DNA of 64,000 nt from Selaginella moellendorffii (lineage: Eukaryota > Plantae > Lycopodiophyta): contig NW_003314262.1 of assembly GCF_000143415.4 (NCBI RefSeq), positions 4,040,021 to 4,104,020 on the forward strand. Reading direction: 5' to 3'. This document shows positions 36,022-48,985 of this stretch, piece by piece (the stretch's first letter is position 1; every line of letters starts with the position of its first letter). Made by a program: the position numbers and the translations under genes. Under the pieces are notes generated by a model. The model saw only the letters and a program-made list of their open reading frames with translations. It searched no databases and was not told the origin of the DNA.

Positions 36022-36864
36022 AGAACTTCTTCCATCACTTTCTTCGTTTCAAGAGCTCATCTTCCTCCAATCTAAAATACTCGGGTATTTTTCCAGATGC
36101 CCGCACTGGGCATTTTCTTGAAGCGTTTTCGTACGAATATAGACGACGGCGGGAAAAAAACATAAATTCGTGTTCTTGTGGGAAGCTAATCCAAGTGTTT
36201 GCGCAGAGGAGAAGACGAGAAGCTCAATCCCAGTGATTCCAGAGTGCTCGAGCGAGGTTTTCCATGCGAGCGGCCACAACCTGGGTGGAAAAGCTGGAAG
36301 ATCACTATGATCTGAGCTCTTATCGGGGTCCTACAAATGCTCGATCACGTTCTTGTCTCGCTCGCGTCGATCCTCAGAGCTTGCGAAGAAAAACTCAAAT
36401 CCGGAAGAATGCGCGTGTCGTGGGAAGAAAAGTCCTCTATCTGCAAGCGCTTAAGGAAAATTTGAGACTATGATCGATCGTCCTTGGAGCCTCTCGGCGG
36501 AGAAGGTATTCCCATTCCCGCCGCAAGCCATTGTGTGGGTGTATTCTCTTTACCAGTGCATCCCGGCGCACGCAGCATGGATTCAGAGGATTCTTCTTTG
36601 TTGTGGCATTGGCAGTGTTCGCCGGGAATGCTTCCTCCTGGAGGAGAGGAATAAAAACAGGCAGTTTGCTTGGATTTGCTTGGGTGACAAAGATATGTCA
36701 CTTGGGCTTCATTCATGGTGGCAAAGGATAGAGAAGAATGATGCGGAAGTATCGAGCGAGGACTACATGGCGTCTTTCAGCATTTTTAATACAATGCTCT
36801 TGCCGTTACCTTCGGTCTTAGCAAGTAGTGGATATTATGTAAGGATGCTGGCCTGCATTTACCT

Positions 36865-38720
36865 CCATGTTTTTGCTCAAGAGGATGGCTTTACAGATGG
36901 AGGTGTCAGGTAATGTCTTGAGGATCCGGCGCGGACAGTGGGATACCGGCCGATTGTCGGTCACTTGCTTACGGCATTCAGGCTCCAAAGTTTGGGGACC
37001 GCCTCGAAGAAAAAGAAGGAAGAGGAAGAGTTCTACGATTATCCGCGTGTTGATTCGTTCAAGGATGACAAGAGCGTTGGAAAGTTTGCAAAGTGGTTAT
37101 CGGTGGAGCTGGATGATCGAAGTGAAGAGCAAGGAAAGGAGAAGTTTGCAAGAATGTCCAGTGAGAAAACGAAGAAGCAGATGATGAAGAGAAGGATGGT
37201 GATGCTGGCGAGGGTGATTCATGGTTAGTTTTGACCGTTCCAAACACCGACTGGCCGACTGCTTGACTATGGTTATCAACCGGTTGTGAAAATGCCGAAT
37301 GGCTGAACGGTTCGCAAATTTTTTTTGATAAAAAAATTAAATTTTTTTAGTAAAACCACAAACCAAAGCATTAAAACCAAACCAAACCAAAGCATTAGAT
37401 TAAACCAAACTAACTACTACTCATCTTTTTCAACATTTTCAGTAAGTTTTTCGACATTTCTAGCATCTTCCCCAACAATCACATTTTTATTTGAAAGATC
37501 TTCTTCAGCTAAATCTTCTATACCAAGAGATTCAAACCTAACTTGCATTGCTATGAATTGCTAGAATCAAATCTCTGAAATCACTCGAATCGTAATTTCC
37601 ATTTTAGGGCAAAAATTTCAAGCGTCACGGACTGGGTGATTTGATTTGCGAGGCCTCAGTGAGCTGCTCTGCGCTCAATCGAAAGCAGAGGCTGGAGAGT
37701 GTCGCCTTGTAGAGCTTGGTACGCACGCAGCTCCTATAGGCTATAGCCCTCTTCATCAGATTCTATTTAGGCTAGCTAGGCTGGGCATTCGTGGATGGAA
37801 TCCGATGGATGGATCTCTTCATAGCAGCAGGAGAATAGCAAAGCAGTGGAGATGCAGTGGCGATGGCGATAGCCGCAGCAGCATCAAAAATCTAGCGCGA
37901 TCACCATTTTTTTTCCCAAACGGAATCACCGAACGGAACTGTCCAACCGTGTTCGGCTGACCTTGTTCGGCTGACCGCGTTCGGCAGCGGTCGGGATTTC
38001 GGCCGAACGCGGTCAGGTTGGTGACTAAGAAGATGGTGAAGCTCAGTGGCCGTGACTTGTCCGAGTAAGAGTTTCACGAACGAGGGAGTCCTCCTCTGGA
38101 GCAGATCACGAGATCAAGCGCATCAGCGTTCAAGTCCCACGTCGAAAGGAAGTGTGAGTGGCTGGAGATGCAAGGCCAAGGTCGCAGAGCCCGCAAGCTT
38201 CGGCGAGATCTCCAAAAGAGCGATAGAGCGCTCCTGGTGTCGAGGCGCGAGTACGCGCAAGAACAGCCGAGGCCGCCTCTCCCACGACGAGATTGCATGG
38301 CTTCGCTGCAAATGTGCTAGACTTCTACCTCTTGAAAAGATTTCTCGTCAAAATTCATGGCCTCGTACCCACCTCAATCCTCCACGATGCTGCGGGTTTC
38401 CACTGGACATTAACGCGAGGTCTGGCGATGGTGACAAAGTCCTTGTGTCCGGGATGGCAAGGACGCTCTTTGGAGACCGTGTTCTTCGAGAAGCGTGTAT
38501 CTTAAAGAACTTCCATCCTCGTTTCAAAAAGGCATTTAGCCAGGGGCATTTGAAGCGTTTCCGTATACGGCCGGTAATAAGCTCGAGAATCCTGCAGCTC
38601 TCGAAACACCTTGAAGAGCGAATAAAGTGGTCGAGAAACGATGAAGTGTTTTAGCTGGAGCGTGTTTCTGTGTGGAATGCAAGGAAAAGATGGAAGATCA
38701 CTATGATCTGAACTCTATCG
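36865..38720 (+). pseudogene. Decayed tandem copy of the 34654 gene, split by an insertion
   Basis: 36865-37217 matches ~34818-35180; 38029-38720 matches ~35195-36330 with deletions and frameshifts. Confidence 0.88.
37218..38028. mobile_element. ~0.8-kb insertion with clustered ccgaac/gttcgg subterminal repeats (non-autonomous DNA transposon-like, possibly hAT)
   Basis: Absent from the intact paralog at 35180; dense gttcggc repeats at 37930-38020; no clean TIR or TSD seen. Confidence 0.55.
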
Positions 38721-39034
38721 CTGTTCTACAAGCTAAAACAAAGAAAGTGGAAAAGCCCTTAATCGGGGGAGCTGGAATAAAGAATACTCTTGCACACTGA
38801 GCATTAGAGTATTTTGAAGGATCTATATGTTACAAAAATTTGGCGTTTACATGAAGAACGAGCTTTTCCCGCTCTGCCTATATAGACTGCCCAACATATA
38901 TTCTTCAAACTTCGACTTTGCAAAACTACAAGCATCATCCGAGAATTTGTGAAAAGATCACTAAAAAGGAAAACAGGCGTTCCAGAGCATCAAATTTACC
39001 AAGCCATCTGATGCTGAGCGAGCTTTAGAAGTAC

Positions 39035-40718
39035 TCACGCCTGACTCAGAGACCCAGACGTGGACTCAGACCTCTCCTTCTTTACTGTAATCTATATTTC
39101 AGCCTTCAATTAAAAACCAGAAACTAGAATCATACCTGTTGATGGCATCCTGGAATACGTTGCTGACAAAGAAGACGAAAAGTAATCAATAGTCTGCTTA
39201 ATGGAGGCTTCCCGCTTCGCATGATTGTCTTCGATGTCGGCTGATGTTAATGTAAGTGCCCGGTCTCCAATAAACGTGCGGATCAAAGAAGTGAAGAACA
39301 GCAAGCCACCTTCATCGATAGGTTTGTCTGGATTTACAGGAAGGGTCATCTCCTGAAAACATAAACATACATGCATAAACAAGTAGAGCAATTGAAATAC
39401 ATGCTAACCGTGGCACAGAAGTCTAAACTTCCAAGCACATATTCATCGTCTGGAAATTGATTAAGACGGAAATACTGTTCAGAGAGAATCCGTGTGAAAT
39501 CTCTCAACCTGGACTCCAAATCTTCCAAAGATGCCTTCCTCTTGTCTGTAAATCAAATCTGTCAAAATAAATGTAATTTGATTAGTCTAACCTTGAATTG
39601 CCGTGTGAACGTTCAAGATCGTTCCATCTTTAACCGTCACGATACCTTTTGGTCTTAGTACCCCGTAACGCCATCCTATGAAACACAAAACTTAGTTTGT
39701 GTAACCTGAAAGCTCCTCCTTTACCTCCTTTATACCAATGGTGGACGTAAATGGGTCCATATCGCCCCTTTTTCATGTTCAATTTGGCTGCTCGGATAGC
39801 ATAACCAGCACCTTGATCAAGCTTCGTAGGGGTTCCTTTCCAGTCGCACTCGATAATAATCACAGTAACCAGATTGTTTGCTGGATCGAGCAACGTATCG
39901 CGAACCTTTCCCTGAAACAAACCAAAATCAGCACATACTAAGGCTACCAATGTTTTTCTTCCTTGCCTTAAGATCATATCTGTCGAGGCCAACAAAATCA
40001 TTTGGGTCAACCACACGCTCCTGGCCTTCATCCCCTTCGTGTCCAATTTCATCGCTTTCTTGTTCAATAAATTGCACTGCAGAAGTTTCTTCGAAGTCAA
40101 AAGAACAAAACAAAACCAAAAATAACTTACGGTCTTTCAACTGAAGCTGCTCCTTTCCTCCAATAACCACCTGGGAGTCTGTTTCAGAAGATGGCGTCGT
40201 AAGAAGCTTTATATTTTGCAGAATACTGGCGTGTACAATTTGTGTGCCAAGTTCGGTCCTGAACCGCCGGCTAGTTACTGCAACGGGCTCTAGAAGAATA
40301 TCAACCGCTGCCTTGAATGCTGCTTCATCCATCAGCTTTCCATCAGAAACATTATCTGGTGGCATAAACCTCAGCTCCGGAACTTCCCTGATGTCCACAA
40401 ACGGATTGTTTATTTCCAGTAAACGCCTATCATAGCTGCTTTTCTGTAAAAGAACTCTCAAAAACATCTTAGCATGGAAATCGAAACACTCACCTCTGCC
40501 TGAAAAGGGTTGCCGAGATACTTGGCCCGTTTATTTGGTAGATCGTCCCAATCCTCATCTCCCACCTTTCTCTTGGACAGATTCGAAAGCTCTGCTTCCT
40601 TTCGAAGCACACGCTCCCGTAGACTTTCCAGCTCGCGAGATATCTTTTCTGCCTTTCGCTCCTCTGCTTCTTTCTTCCTTGTCTTTGGTACCACGGCCTT
40701 CCTAGCAGCCGCTCGCAT
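39035..40718 (-). CDS. Eight-exon ~440-aa protein with N-terminal coiled coil and PD-(D/E)xK-like nuclease-fold domain
   Basis: Exons 40718-40494, 40443-40131, 40076-39967, 39911-39725, 39675-39592, 39545-39409, 39352-39136 and 39084-39035 splice in frame (one GC-AG intron). Motifs: DEAAFKAAVDILL…LKGKVRDTLL…VIIIECD…DQGAGYAIRAAKLN…GPIY…GGWRYGVL. Confidence 0.7.
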
Positions 40719-41581
40719 CGTGCTACACTTGAGATGAGCAGCAGAAACCAATCGATAACCGGGCCGGTCCAGCCCTCAGAGCAATTGATGATTCTCGAGA
40801 CGCAAAACTACAAACCACCAAAACCCTAATGAGATTTTAGGGTTTAGCTAAACCTCCTTTTCTCAACGCTCTAGGGTCTAATCAAAAGGAAAACATAAGC
40901 AAAATATTCTATTTGTCAATCTGCAGTATAATCCAGATTATAATTAGCATTATTATAATTAGATTATCCAGAGATCAGCAAGGCCTTCGGGTCGGTTTTC
41001 CAAATGATGTCAAAGCCTTCCTTCAGCTTCTTTCCCGTTCGTAAAAATTGTTTCGAAAGTATCTTTGATAATCAAGTGGCAGCCTCACCTGATGGACACA
41101 CATCCATCTCATGACAAGCAAATATTTTCAAGGCAGCAGTATTGCCACAGTGGCTCACACATCTTGTATGCAGATGGGTTCTTCATTTCCCTCTTCTCTT
41201 GTCATGATACAGTCAAGTTTACATTACACTTCTGCTCGTTTGCCAATTTTTTGCGCGAGTATGAAGACTTCATACCTTAACGCGATTAGATTAAGTTAAT
41301 GTTTTAGACAAAAGAGCATCCCCGTGTACGAATTCGATTGCAAAACGAAACGAAAGTTCTAAAGTATTATACACCTTGCATTTTCTCGAGGAGAAGTTTT
41401 ACCTTCGGCCTCTTTCACCGCACAAGGCATGCGACACATACAGTGGACACGAGCCGAGCCGGGAACTAGTTTTTGCCACGTACGGGCCTTATACAGTATA
41501 AATATCTGCCATCTCAAATGTAAAGAAAGTAGTTCATTTGCACAGTTTATTTTTTCCTAGCTAGCTCGCAGCTCAAAAACA

Positions 41582-42314
41582 ATGGCACTCGTCTCAGGCA
41601 GCAGCATCGCAACTCTCTCTTCTTCCTCTCTCATCTCCAACAAGCTCCACCTCCAATCCCAATTGCCCACGAGCTCCAGCTCGCGAAATCTAGTAGTGAG
41701 AGCGTCCTCGAACAAATCCAGGGATGGTGGCGATGGCGGGATCAGTGGCATCCTCGACGACACCAAGAAGGAGGTCACCCGCGAGGAAGTTCTCAAGAAC
41801 CAGGCCGAGAACGAGTCGGAGAAGCGCTCAGTGTTTGGCGCCGTGCCATCGTCCGGATCGCTCTATCCCAGGCCAGAGGTTGAGAGGCGACCAGAGACTG
41901 GCGATCGATCATTCCCCAGCTTGATGGCGTTCGATGGAGCCGGCCCAGAAACGATTAATGGAAGACTGGTAAGAGATTCTTCGCGTTTTTGCAAGCAACT
42001 AACGTGAACTTGACAAGCAGGCAATGATTGGATTGGTGTGGGCATTCGCGGTGGAGCGAATGACGGGACAAACGGTGGCGGAGCAGCTCTACTCGCCGGG
42101 GAGCACTGGTCTTTTCCATTTCTTGGCAGTGGCACAGCTATTCGCGTACGCGTCGCTGGTGCCCATGTTTAAGGGCGAGAGCCCCGACAGTAGATCAATT
42201 GGGCCGTTTAGAGCCATGGCGGAGCGCTGGAACGGGCGAACAGCGATGCTTGGATTCCTTGCTTTGGTGATCACCGAGTTTTTCACCAAGACTCCAGTGT
42301 TCCACATGATGTAA
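41582..42314 (+). CDS. ELIP: Early light-induced protein (ELIP, LHC-like)
   Basis: Transit peptide; AFDGAGPETINGRL-AMIG; AERWNGRTAMLGF; one intron. Confidence 0.9.
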
Positions 42315-43364
42315 ATTTCCCCTCAAAACGTAATTGCCATTCTTTAGCAACTTAAAGCATGTAGTAAAGCCCCCCATGGTTGGACCATGTAAACGTCCGC
42401 CAATGAGAGCAGTAGATCTCAGTTTCAGACTGTCTTCTTGACAATGTAAAAACCAATTATAGTAATCACCAAGACTCCTGATGTCAATTTGTTAATATAG
42501 TGTTGTGTTTAAATCATTCCTGGTCCCAAAACCTTCTCGCACAATTGCTGCTCTTCATGTGGCCAAACTGGTGGCTGCCCCTTGAAAAGAGTAAAGATTC
42601 CATTCTTTTCACCCTGCATCCTCTTCCATTTAGCCTTGGCAAGCTTCTTACCTTCATTTACCTGTGTTATTAGCAAAAGTAAAACCATCATCAGTCCTTA
42701 GAATTCAATTTGGACTAGAGATTCTTTAATGTACTTTGTCAATTCTTATATTTGTGGCTTGGGATTTGCCACTGGTGCCTTCTTGTTGTCATTCGGCTTT
42801 TTCTGCTGCTCCTTCATGTATACTGCAAACAGCATAACATCTTCCTTTTCCTCTGCTCAAGAATCTTTCCCCACAAATTTTTGCTGATCTTGCTCTTCCT
42901 TTGCTGACTCTTCAGCAACTACCAAATGATTCATTGATCCTTTCTAAAGCAATGGGCAATTCTTGGCTCAGTGATCATCAACTACACAACTACAGCATTT
43001 TTCAGATTTTTGGCATAAAACAAATTTTCTATTTCCATAACTTTTTACCAAAAAATTACTCAAATATCCTCACCTGATTGAGAGCTTCTCTTAACTCATA
43101 TCGTCCAGCTTGGAACAAGAGACGTTTCCCATGGCTTCCGAAGTTCGAATGCATCCCTGAGTACGAAGATCTGCCAACGTACAGTAAATGGTGACCTTAT
43201 GGCAGATGTGCTTGTAGCTCTAGATCAATATGGGATTGCTCATCGTCTACATGATCATCATAGGTAAAGTCACTTTTTCTCTCACATCTACTCTCCTTTG
43301 GAACCATTCTTTTTTTGTTCTCGAGCATGTGTTTCACCTTTGTTCCGTCCCCGTGCCTTCCAGG

Positions 43365-44990
43365 TGGTGCCATGCGATCTCATAGTGGGAGAGGCTATAT
43401 ATCTGCCTCAATGCTCCGGTTTTCCACTGGATAGAAACGCAAGGTTCGGCGATGGCGGCAAAGAGGATGGCAAGACCATATTGTGTTGGAGGCCGTGTTC
43501 TTCGCTGGAGCTGAGAAGCGTGGAAAAGCTCTCGCGTGGCCATGGTGAAGCGACAAGAATCTTTGTGAGCTCTCACTTATTTTCTTCGTTTCAAGCTTCG
43601 TGGAAGTTAGGACCCAAAAGACGCATCACCGACATCCCACCTTCCCGGCAGTCCCTAGTGAACGAGAAATATTTCGTTGTGGAGCTCCATGATCTCTTCA
43701 ATCCAGGCCGCCGCTCGCTGGAGCTAAAGCTACCGATAGGCCGCATTGCTCCACAAAGTCTAGGGTTCTTTTGATGGCTCCATCTTCCAGCGCTTATATA
43801 CTCACTCGTAGCAATTCCAGTGGTTTGCAAGCTATGGATATTTCTTGCTTCGAAGAGCCAGAGGTCAGCTCTACCCGGAGTTGAAGCCCCGGTGCGCATG
43901 CTTCCATCTCCTTGAATCATTCTGCAGCCTAGAAGATCTTTCGCTTGGTCAAGGCAGTAATGCGCAACGGCAGCCATCTCTTCATGCCGAGGTAACAAAG
44001 TCTTGATCATGTGGGTCGAGTTTCCAGAAGTACTTCTAGCGCTAGATCTCTGCTTCCTCTCCTTGGAATCTCCACACCTTGAGGTGTTCTCCATCGGCTC
44101 ATTCTTGGCTATTCAATGCAAGGCCCTCCCACGCTTGACGAGGCTCCCGTGATGCAGTTTAGGCTTTCGAATCGACAGGGGCAACGCTTCTGGAGTACTT
44201 GAGATTGCAAATGGTGGACGTCAACCTAGAGTTACACAACCCCAACGTGAACTACTTGGAGCTCCTGAGTTGCAGAGGCCCATGGCACTGATAAATGTGA
44301 GTGGATGACTGGTCACACAGGGTAAGATCCTTGAGAGGGTGCACCTCAATGGCTTGTTCTAGCTAGAGGTGGTTTCTTCTCCGCTTAATTTCTTATGTAA
44401 TCTGGAAGTTCTTTCCTTGGAGAGATGCACGTTTGGAGTGTTTAAAGCTTTCTCCAAGGTTTCAAGAGAATAAAGGCCAGGACTCATTGTGCATTTTGGA
44501 GTTTTTCATGCGCTTACCCAGCATCCGAGAGCTGAGGACGAACCTGAGCATGTAGCGAGTAAGCTTTGCATTGTACTTGATTGATTATTTGATTCATCGG
44601 TGCCTCACTGGATTTTTGTTGGTGATCAGGGATTCAGGAGTGACAAACACAGAAAGCTCAACCTCGAGAAGCTCCAAGTTTTGGACGTCTGGCTGCCATT
44701 TTCCAGCCCAGGCGAGAACAACAAAGAGCAAGAGATGGCAACCAAAGTTCTGCTGGCAGCGGCACCCAACGCGGACTTTCAATTGACTGTCGAGATTTCT
44801 ATAGATCATTCCTTTCGAAACGCTTGAACTTGTATTTCACCGTTCAAGGTGGCCCCGAATGTTCAACGACAAAATCTGCCAACAACAGCTCCGGAAGAGG
44901 TTGAAACGTCAAAAGGTATTTCTCTTCTATCAGGATTCTTCAAAGATATGCTGTTTACTTTTCTTCGTTTCAAGAGCTCATCTCCCAGCT
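43365..44990 (+). pseudogene. Patchwork segmental duplicate of 30.6-36.1 kb (REase-like 3' end, coiled-coil gene fragment, LRR/FBD-like pseudogene)
   Basis: 43365-43590 ≈ 35785-36050; 43600-43752 ≈ 30584-30758; 44322-44833 ≈ 31165-31745; 44885-44930 ≈ 34435-34502; 44957-44983 ≈ 36037-36063. Confidence 0.85.
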
Positions 44991-45087
44991 TAAGATCAAA
45001 GGCTTTGCATTAAGATCGAGAGTTTTACATTTCCAACCGGCTGGAAGGCCTGGCGCTCTACACACAGATACGTACAGTGAATGATCT

Positions 45088-46820
45088 CTAGGACCAAGTC
45101 CGCGTACCATTACTGACGCCTGGTTTGTCTTTCTTGGATCCCGGACTGATCATCCCGTACACGTTTGTTGTGATTGCCGTGACGCTAGAAACCACTGCCA
45201 GGATCACCATGATCCACGCTATCGTTTTGTCATATCCCGTGGCGATGCCGTGCTTATCCCTGCGTGACGAGAGCCGGGTGGTGAGCGCGCACGGTACTCT
45301 AGGCGGTAAAACTTTGATGCTTACCTCAGAGCGATGATCCCCGGGAAGACAAAGCCGATGCACACCGCCGCTGTGGCTCCCGTGAACTGGAACGCCGTCC
45401 AGATGTTTGGGACGAGCGTGGAGCCGAAAAAAATCACGAGGATGAGGACGGCGGTGATGCACGCGAACCGCCGGTTGTCCTCGGAGATTGGAGCGGACTT
45501 TGGGAAGAGCAGGGAGTCGAGGTTGATCCGGAGGGAAAAATGGATTAGTGGGAAGACTAGCATGAGATGGACGGCGTAGCCAACTCGGACAATCCCGGCC
45601 AGGACTTTGCCGTATGGGATCCGGAGGTCGGCGTCAAAATTGGCGAGTACGTCGTCCATGGTGCTGGCGCCGAAGAGAAGGTAGCCAAACAGAGCTGTCG
45701 CAATATACACGAAGGTGCAGATGGTGATGGAGACGCGGCAGATCTTCTGCATGGAGGCAGGATCGTCGAGCTCGTTGGCGATGGGATGAACTGCAGCAAA
45801 AGGATTGTCATGAGCCAAAGAAAGCGATGGACGACTTACGGTTGTGGTGACAAATATACGCAGTCACAATGACTGGCACGGCCGTGAACAGCTTCCAGAA
45901 CGAGAACTGATCGTGGACGTCGGGCAGCCATCTTGGCGAAGGGATCTCCTTGTACACCAGCTTCGTGGCAGTAATCACCCCAGTGACCACGACGAAAACA
46001 ACAGCCAGAGCAATGGACAGAGCTGACGAAAACCTTAGCGAATCTGCAAGAGCATGGCAGCTTTTAGACATTAATATCGAAGAACCAAAACAAAAACAAA
46101 AGAGAAAAGAGAAAAGGAAGATTGGCTCACCGACACGCTTGAAAGACACCAACGGGACCAAGACCAGCACTGTTGTCAGTAGGAGTATAAAAAATCTCCC
46201 ATTCCACCAGAAGGAGCCGCCACCCCACTCTTCCAAAACTCCGGAGTGATGAGCAGCGCCCTGACCAGAACCCGACAACACATCACCTGGAGAGATTTCC
46301 CACACGAGGACGAAACAAAGGTGAAACACATGCTCAAGAACAAAAAAATATGGTCCACGGAAGGAGTAAATGCGAGAGAAAAGGTCACTTTACCTATGAT
46401 GATCATGTAGACGATGAGCAATCCCACATTATTGACGATGATCGAGAGCTGCAAGAGCGTCCGCCCAGTGATCCCAAATGCGTCCGCCATGAGCGAGCTG
46501 TAGCTCAGCGAATTCGCGGCCTTGGAGAAGCGCAGGAGAATCTCCAGCGACGCGTCCGTGAGAATGCCGACGAGCACGATCGTGATCATCCCCAGGAAGA
46601 TCCCCAGCTCCTTTTGCGTCGCCGGCAATGCCATAATCCCGGCCCCAACGATCGTGGTGAGGAGATTGAAGACCGCGCTGGGAGCCGAGGCGCCGGAGAT
46701 TCCCACCTCGAAGCCTTCCTCCTCCTCCTCCTCCTCATCCCGCCGCTTCGGCAGCAATGGCGAGCGCTCCGTGGCCGGATTATCGGTGATCGCCACGGCC
46801 GTGTGACCTGACGACGCCAT
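45088..46820 (-). CDS. AVT6: Amino acid transporter, AVT6/Aa_trans family
   Basis: AVFNLLTTIVGAGIMALPA; DSLRFSSALS; TAYICHH; FQFTGAT; multi-exon. Confidence 0.93.
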
Positions 46821-47167
46821 GGAGGACCTCTGCGATCCAATCAAGACACGCAATCTGCCGCAACTTGCACAGCGAATCGAATCGAAATTCTCGGGAAATC
46901 TCTACCTGGAACAGCGCCGTCGCGGCGAGGAGCGAGGATTTTGCGCGAATCACAGCAAAGAAAGACGAGAAGAGAGGAGCGCCTTCCTCGGCGTCAAGAA
47001 TCAAGGAAGAACCCCAATAGAATCTATTGCACGGTGGAACTCTATATGGGCAAGAACGGACGGCCAGGATCTTCCCGGCACGCGTTCCCGAATATTCGTG
47101 TTCTTTATTCCCACCCCACTAAAGAAAAATTAAAGAATGGTCCGTGCTACAAAAATACGAAGAACTT

Positions 47168-48985
47168 TCACTTGGTAACTTCGTGGATCGCGTTCGCGAG
47201 ATACTCCACATTTCCAGTGGTAACGCCGGCCATGCTACAATAGAGAATTCCATGGAATCAATGAAAACCAAATGGAAGCTACACGGTTTACCTTATGCGA
47301 CCGTTGCGAGTCATGTAGATGTGAAACTCTTTGGTCAGACGATCGACTTGATCTTCCGTGAGACCGCTGTAGCAAAACATTCCAATCTGCGTAGAGAAAC
47401 CAGCGGTAAGCGAGACGAATGAATCAAATCTCAATCTCAATCCACCTGTTCTGTGATGTGCTTCCACGGTAGCGATGAGCCGAGCTTCTCCAAGTTTGAT
47501 TTCAAAGCCTCACGCATTCCTATGATCCTGTCCGCCATCACCTGAAAGGAGAGGACTTTAAGAACTGGGACGCGTGAAGCTCGTGTAGTACCTTGACTTC
47601 CTTGTACCATTGCTCCTTTAGTTCCGGATCGCTCAAGACGGTAGTCACGATTTGAGCTCCGTGAAGCGGGGGATTGCTGTACATGGGACGAGCTATTTGC
47701 TGCAGCTGACTCTTGACGTTCACAGCCTGCTGCGAGTTGTCACAGACGACACTGAAACGCAATGTTAGGAAACGAAGGAGAAAGATGTAGAATAAATGGC
47801 ACCTCAAACATCCGACCCTCTGGCCATACAAGCCCATGTTCTTGGCAAACGACTGTGCGCACGCCAACTGGTGGCCATCTTCCATAAATATGCGAATTGC
47901 CTGCGCATCTCTGACCGTGTCACCGCTTGCGAATCCTTGATAAGCCATATCAAAGAATGGAAAGAGTCTATTACTCTGGAATAAACAGGTTTTTCAGTTG
48001 GAACAAAACCATCGAAGGCCCTGTACCTTAAAGAGCTGAGACATCTCTTTCCACTGGTCAGCAGTAGGATCAACTCCAGTTGGATTATGAGCACACGCAT
48101 GCAGCAAGACGAAAGATCCCTCGGGTGCTTTCTGGCCATTTACAAGTTCGATTTTCAGAAAGGAAGAACGAAAAATTAGATCTTACTTTCAAATCCTCCA
48201 TCAACCCTTCAAAGTCCAATCCACGCGTGCTGGGCTTGTAGTAGCGGAATGTGTGAGCCTCGACTCGAGCATCCCTCCAAATGTTATGATGACTGTAAGT
48301 AACGCACACCAAAAGGAGGCAATTTTTTTAGTATAAGAAAACCATTGCTGCGTTTGCTTACTTGGCCCAGGTAGGAACGGGGATGTAGATACGTGAATCA
48401 GGCTTGAATCGCTTCTGGAAATCAGCGAAGAGCCTGCAAGCACCAGTGCCGGAGAGCGTTTGAACGGCGGCAACGCGTTTCTCCTCGAGAACTGGGGCAG
48501 TATCGCCATAGGCGAGCTTCACCGAGAGATCGTTAAACTTGACAAGGCCCCCCATTGGAAGATACTCCCTGCGATTTAAAGACATAGTTTGATACCACTC
48601 GAGAACACAAATTTTCCACTCACATATTTTGCTTCCCGGCTATAATTTGCTCGGCCTTGCGGACGCATTCCAGAACGACTGGCTTGCCTTCGTCGTTTCT
48701 GTAAGCGCCCTGAAAAGAGAAATTCACACAGATCATCCGAAATTTCGACCGATCTCGATTGGAAATGCTAGATCGCAGCTAGGAAAACACTTACCACTCC
48801 AACATTGACCTTCTTCGGATCCGAATCCGCGAGAAAAGCCTCAGTGACGCCGAGGATCGGATCCCGCGCCGCCGGCTGCACAGCTTCCCACCAACCGGAG
48901 CGAGCTCCAGCAGGAACAGACGACGCTGGCGCCGCCGCCGTCGACATCAAACGCTGGCGCCGTTCCTCACAAGCCCGCTCGCCAT
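47168..48985 (-). CDS. ASP1: Mitochondrial-type aspartate aminotransferase; presequence out of frame by 1 nt
   Basis: [10 protein letters not shown]; [10 protein letters not shown]; HACAHNPTG; [15 protein letters not shown] (PLP Lys); IGMFCYSGL; NGRISMAG. Confidence 0.95.

Noticed and set aside
42500-43260. HMG-box-like fragments on the minus strand (VYMKEQ…KKLAKAKWKRM)
   Set aside because: Interrupted by stops, no coherent gene model, and the resemblance is weak.
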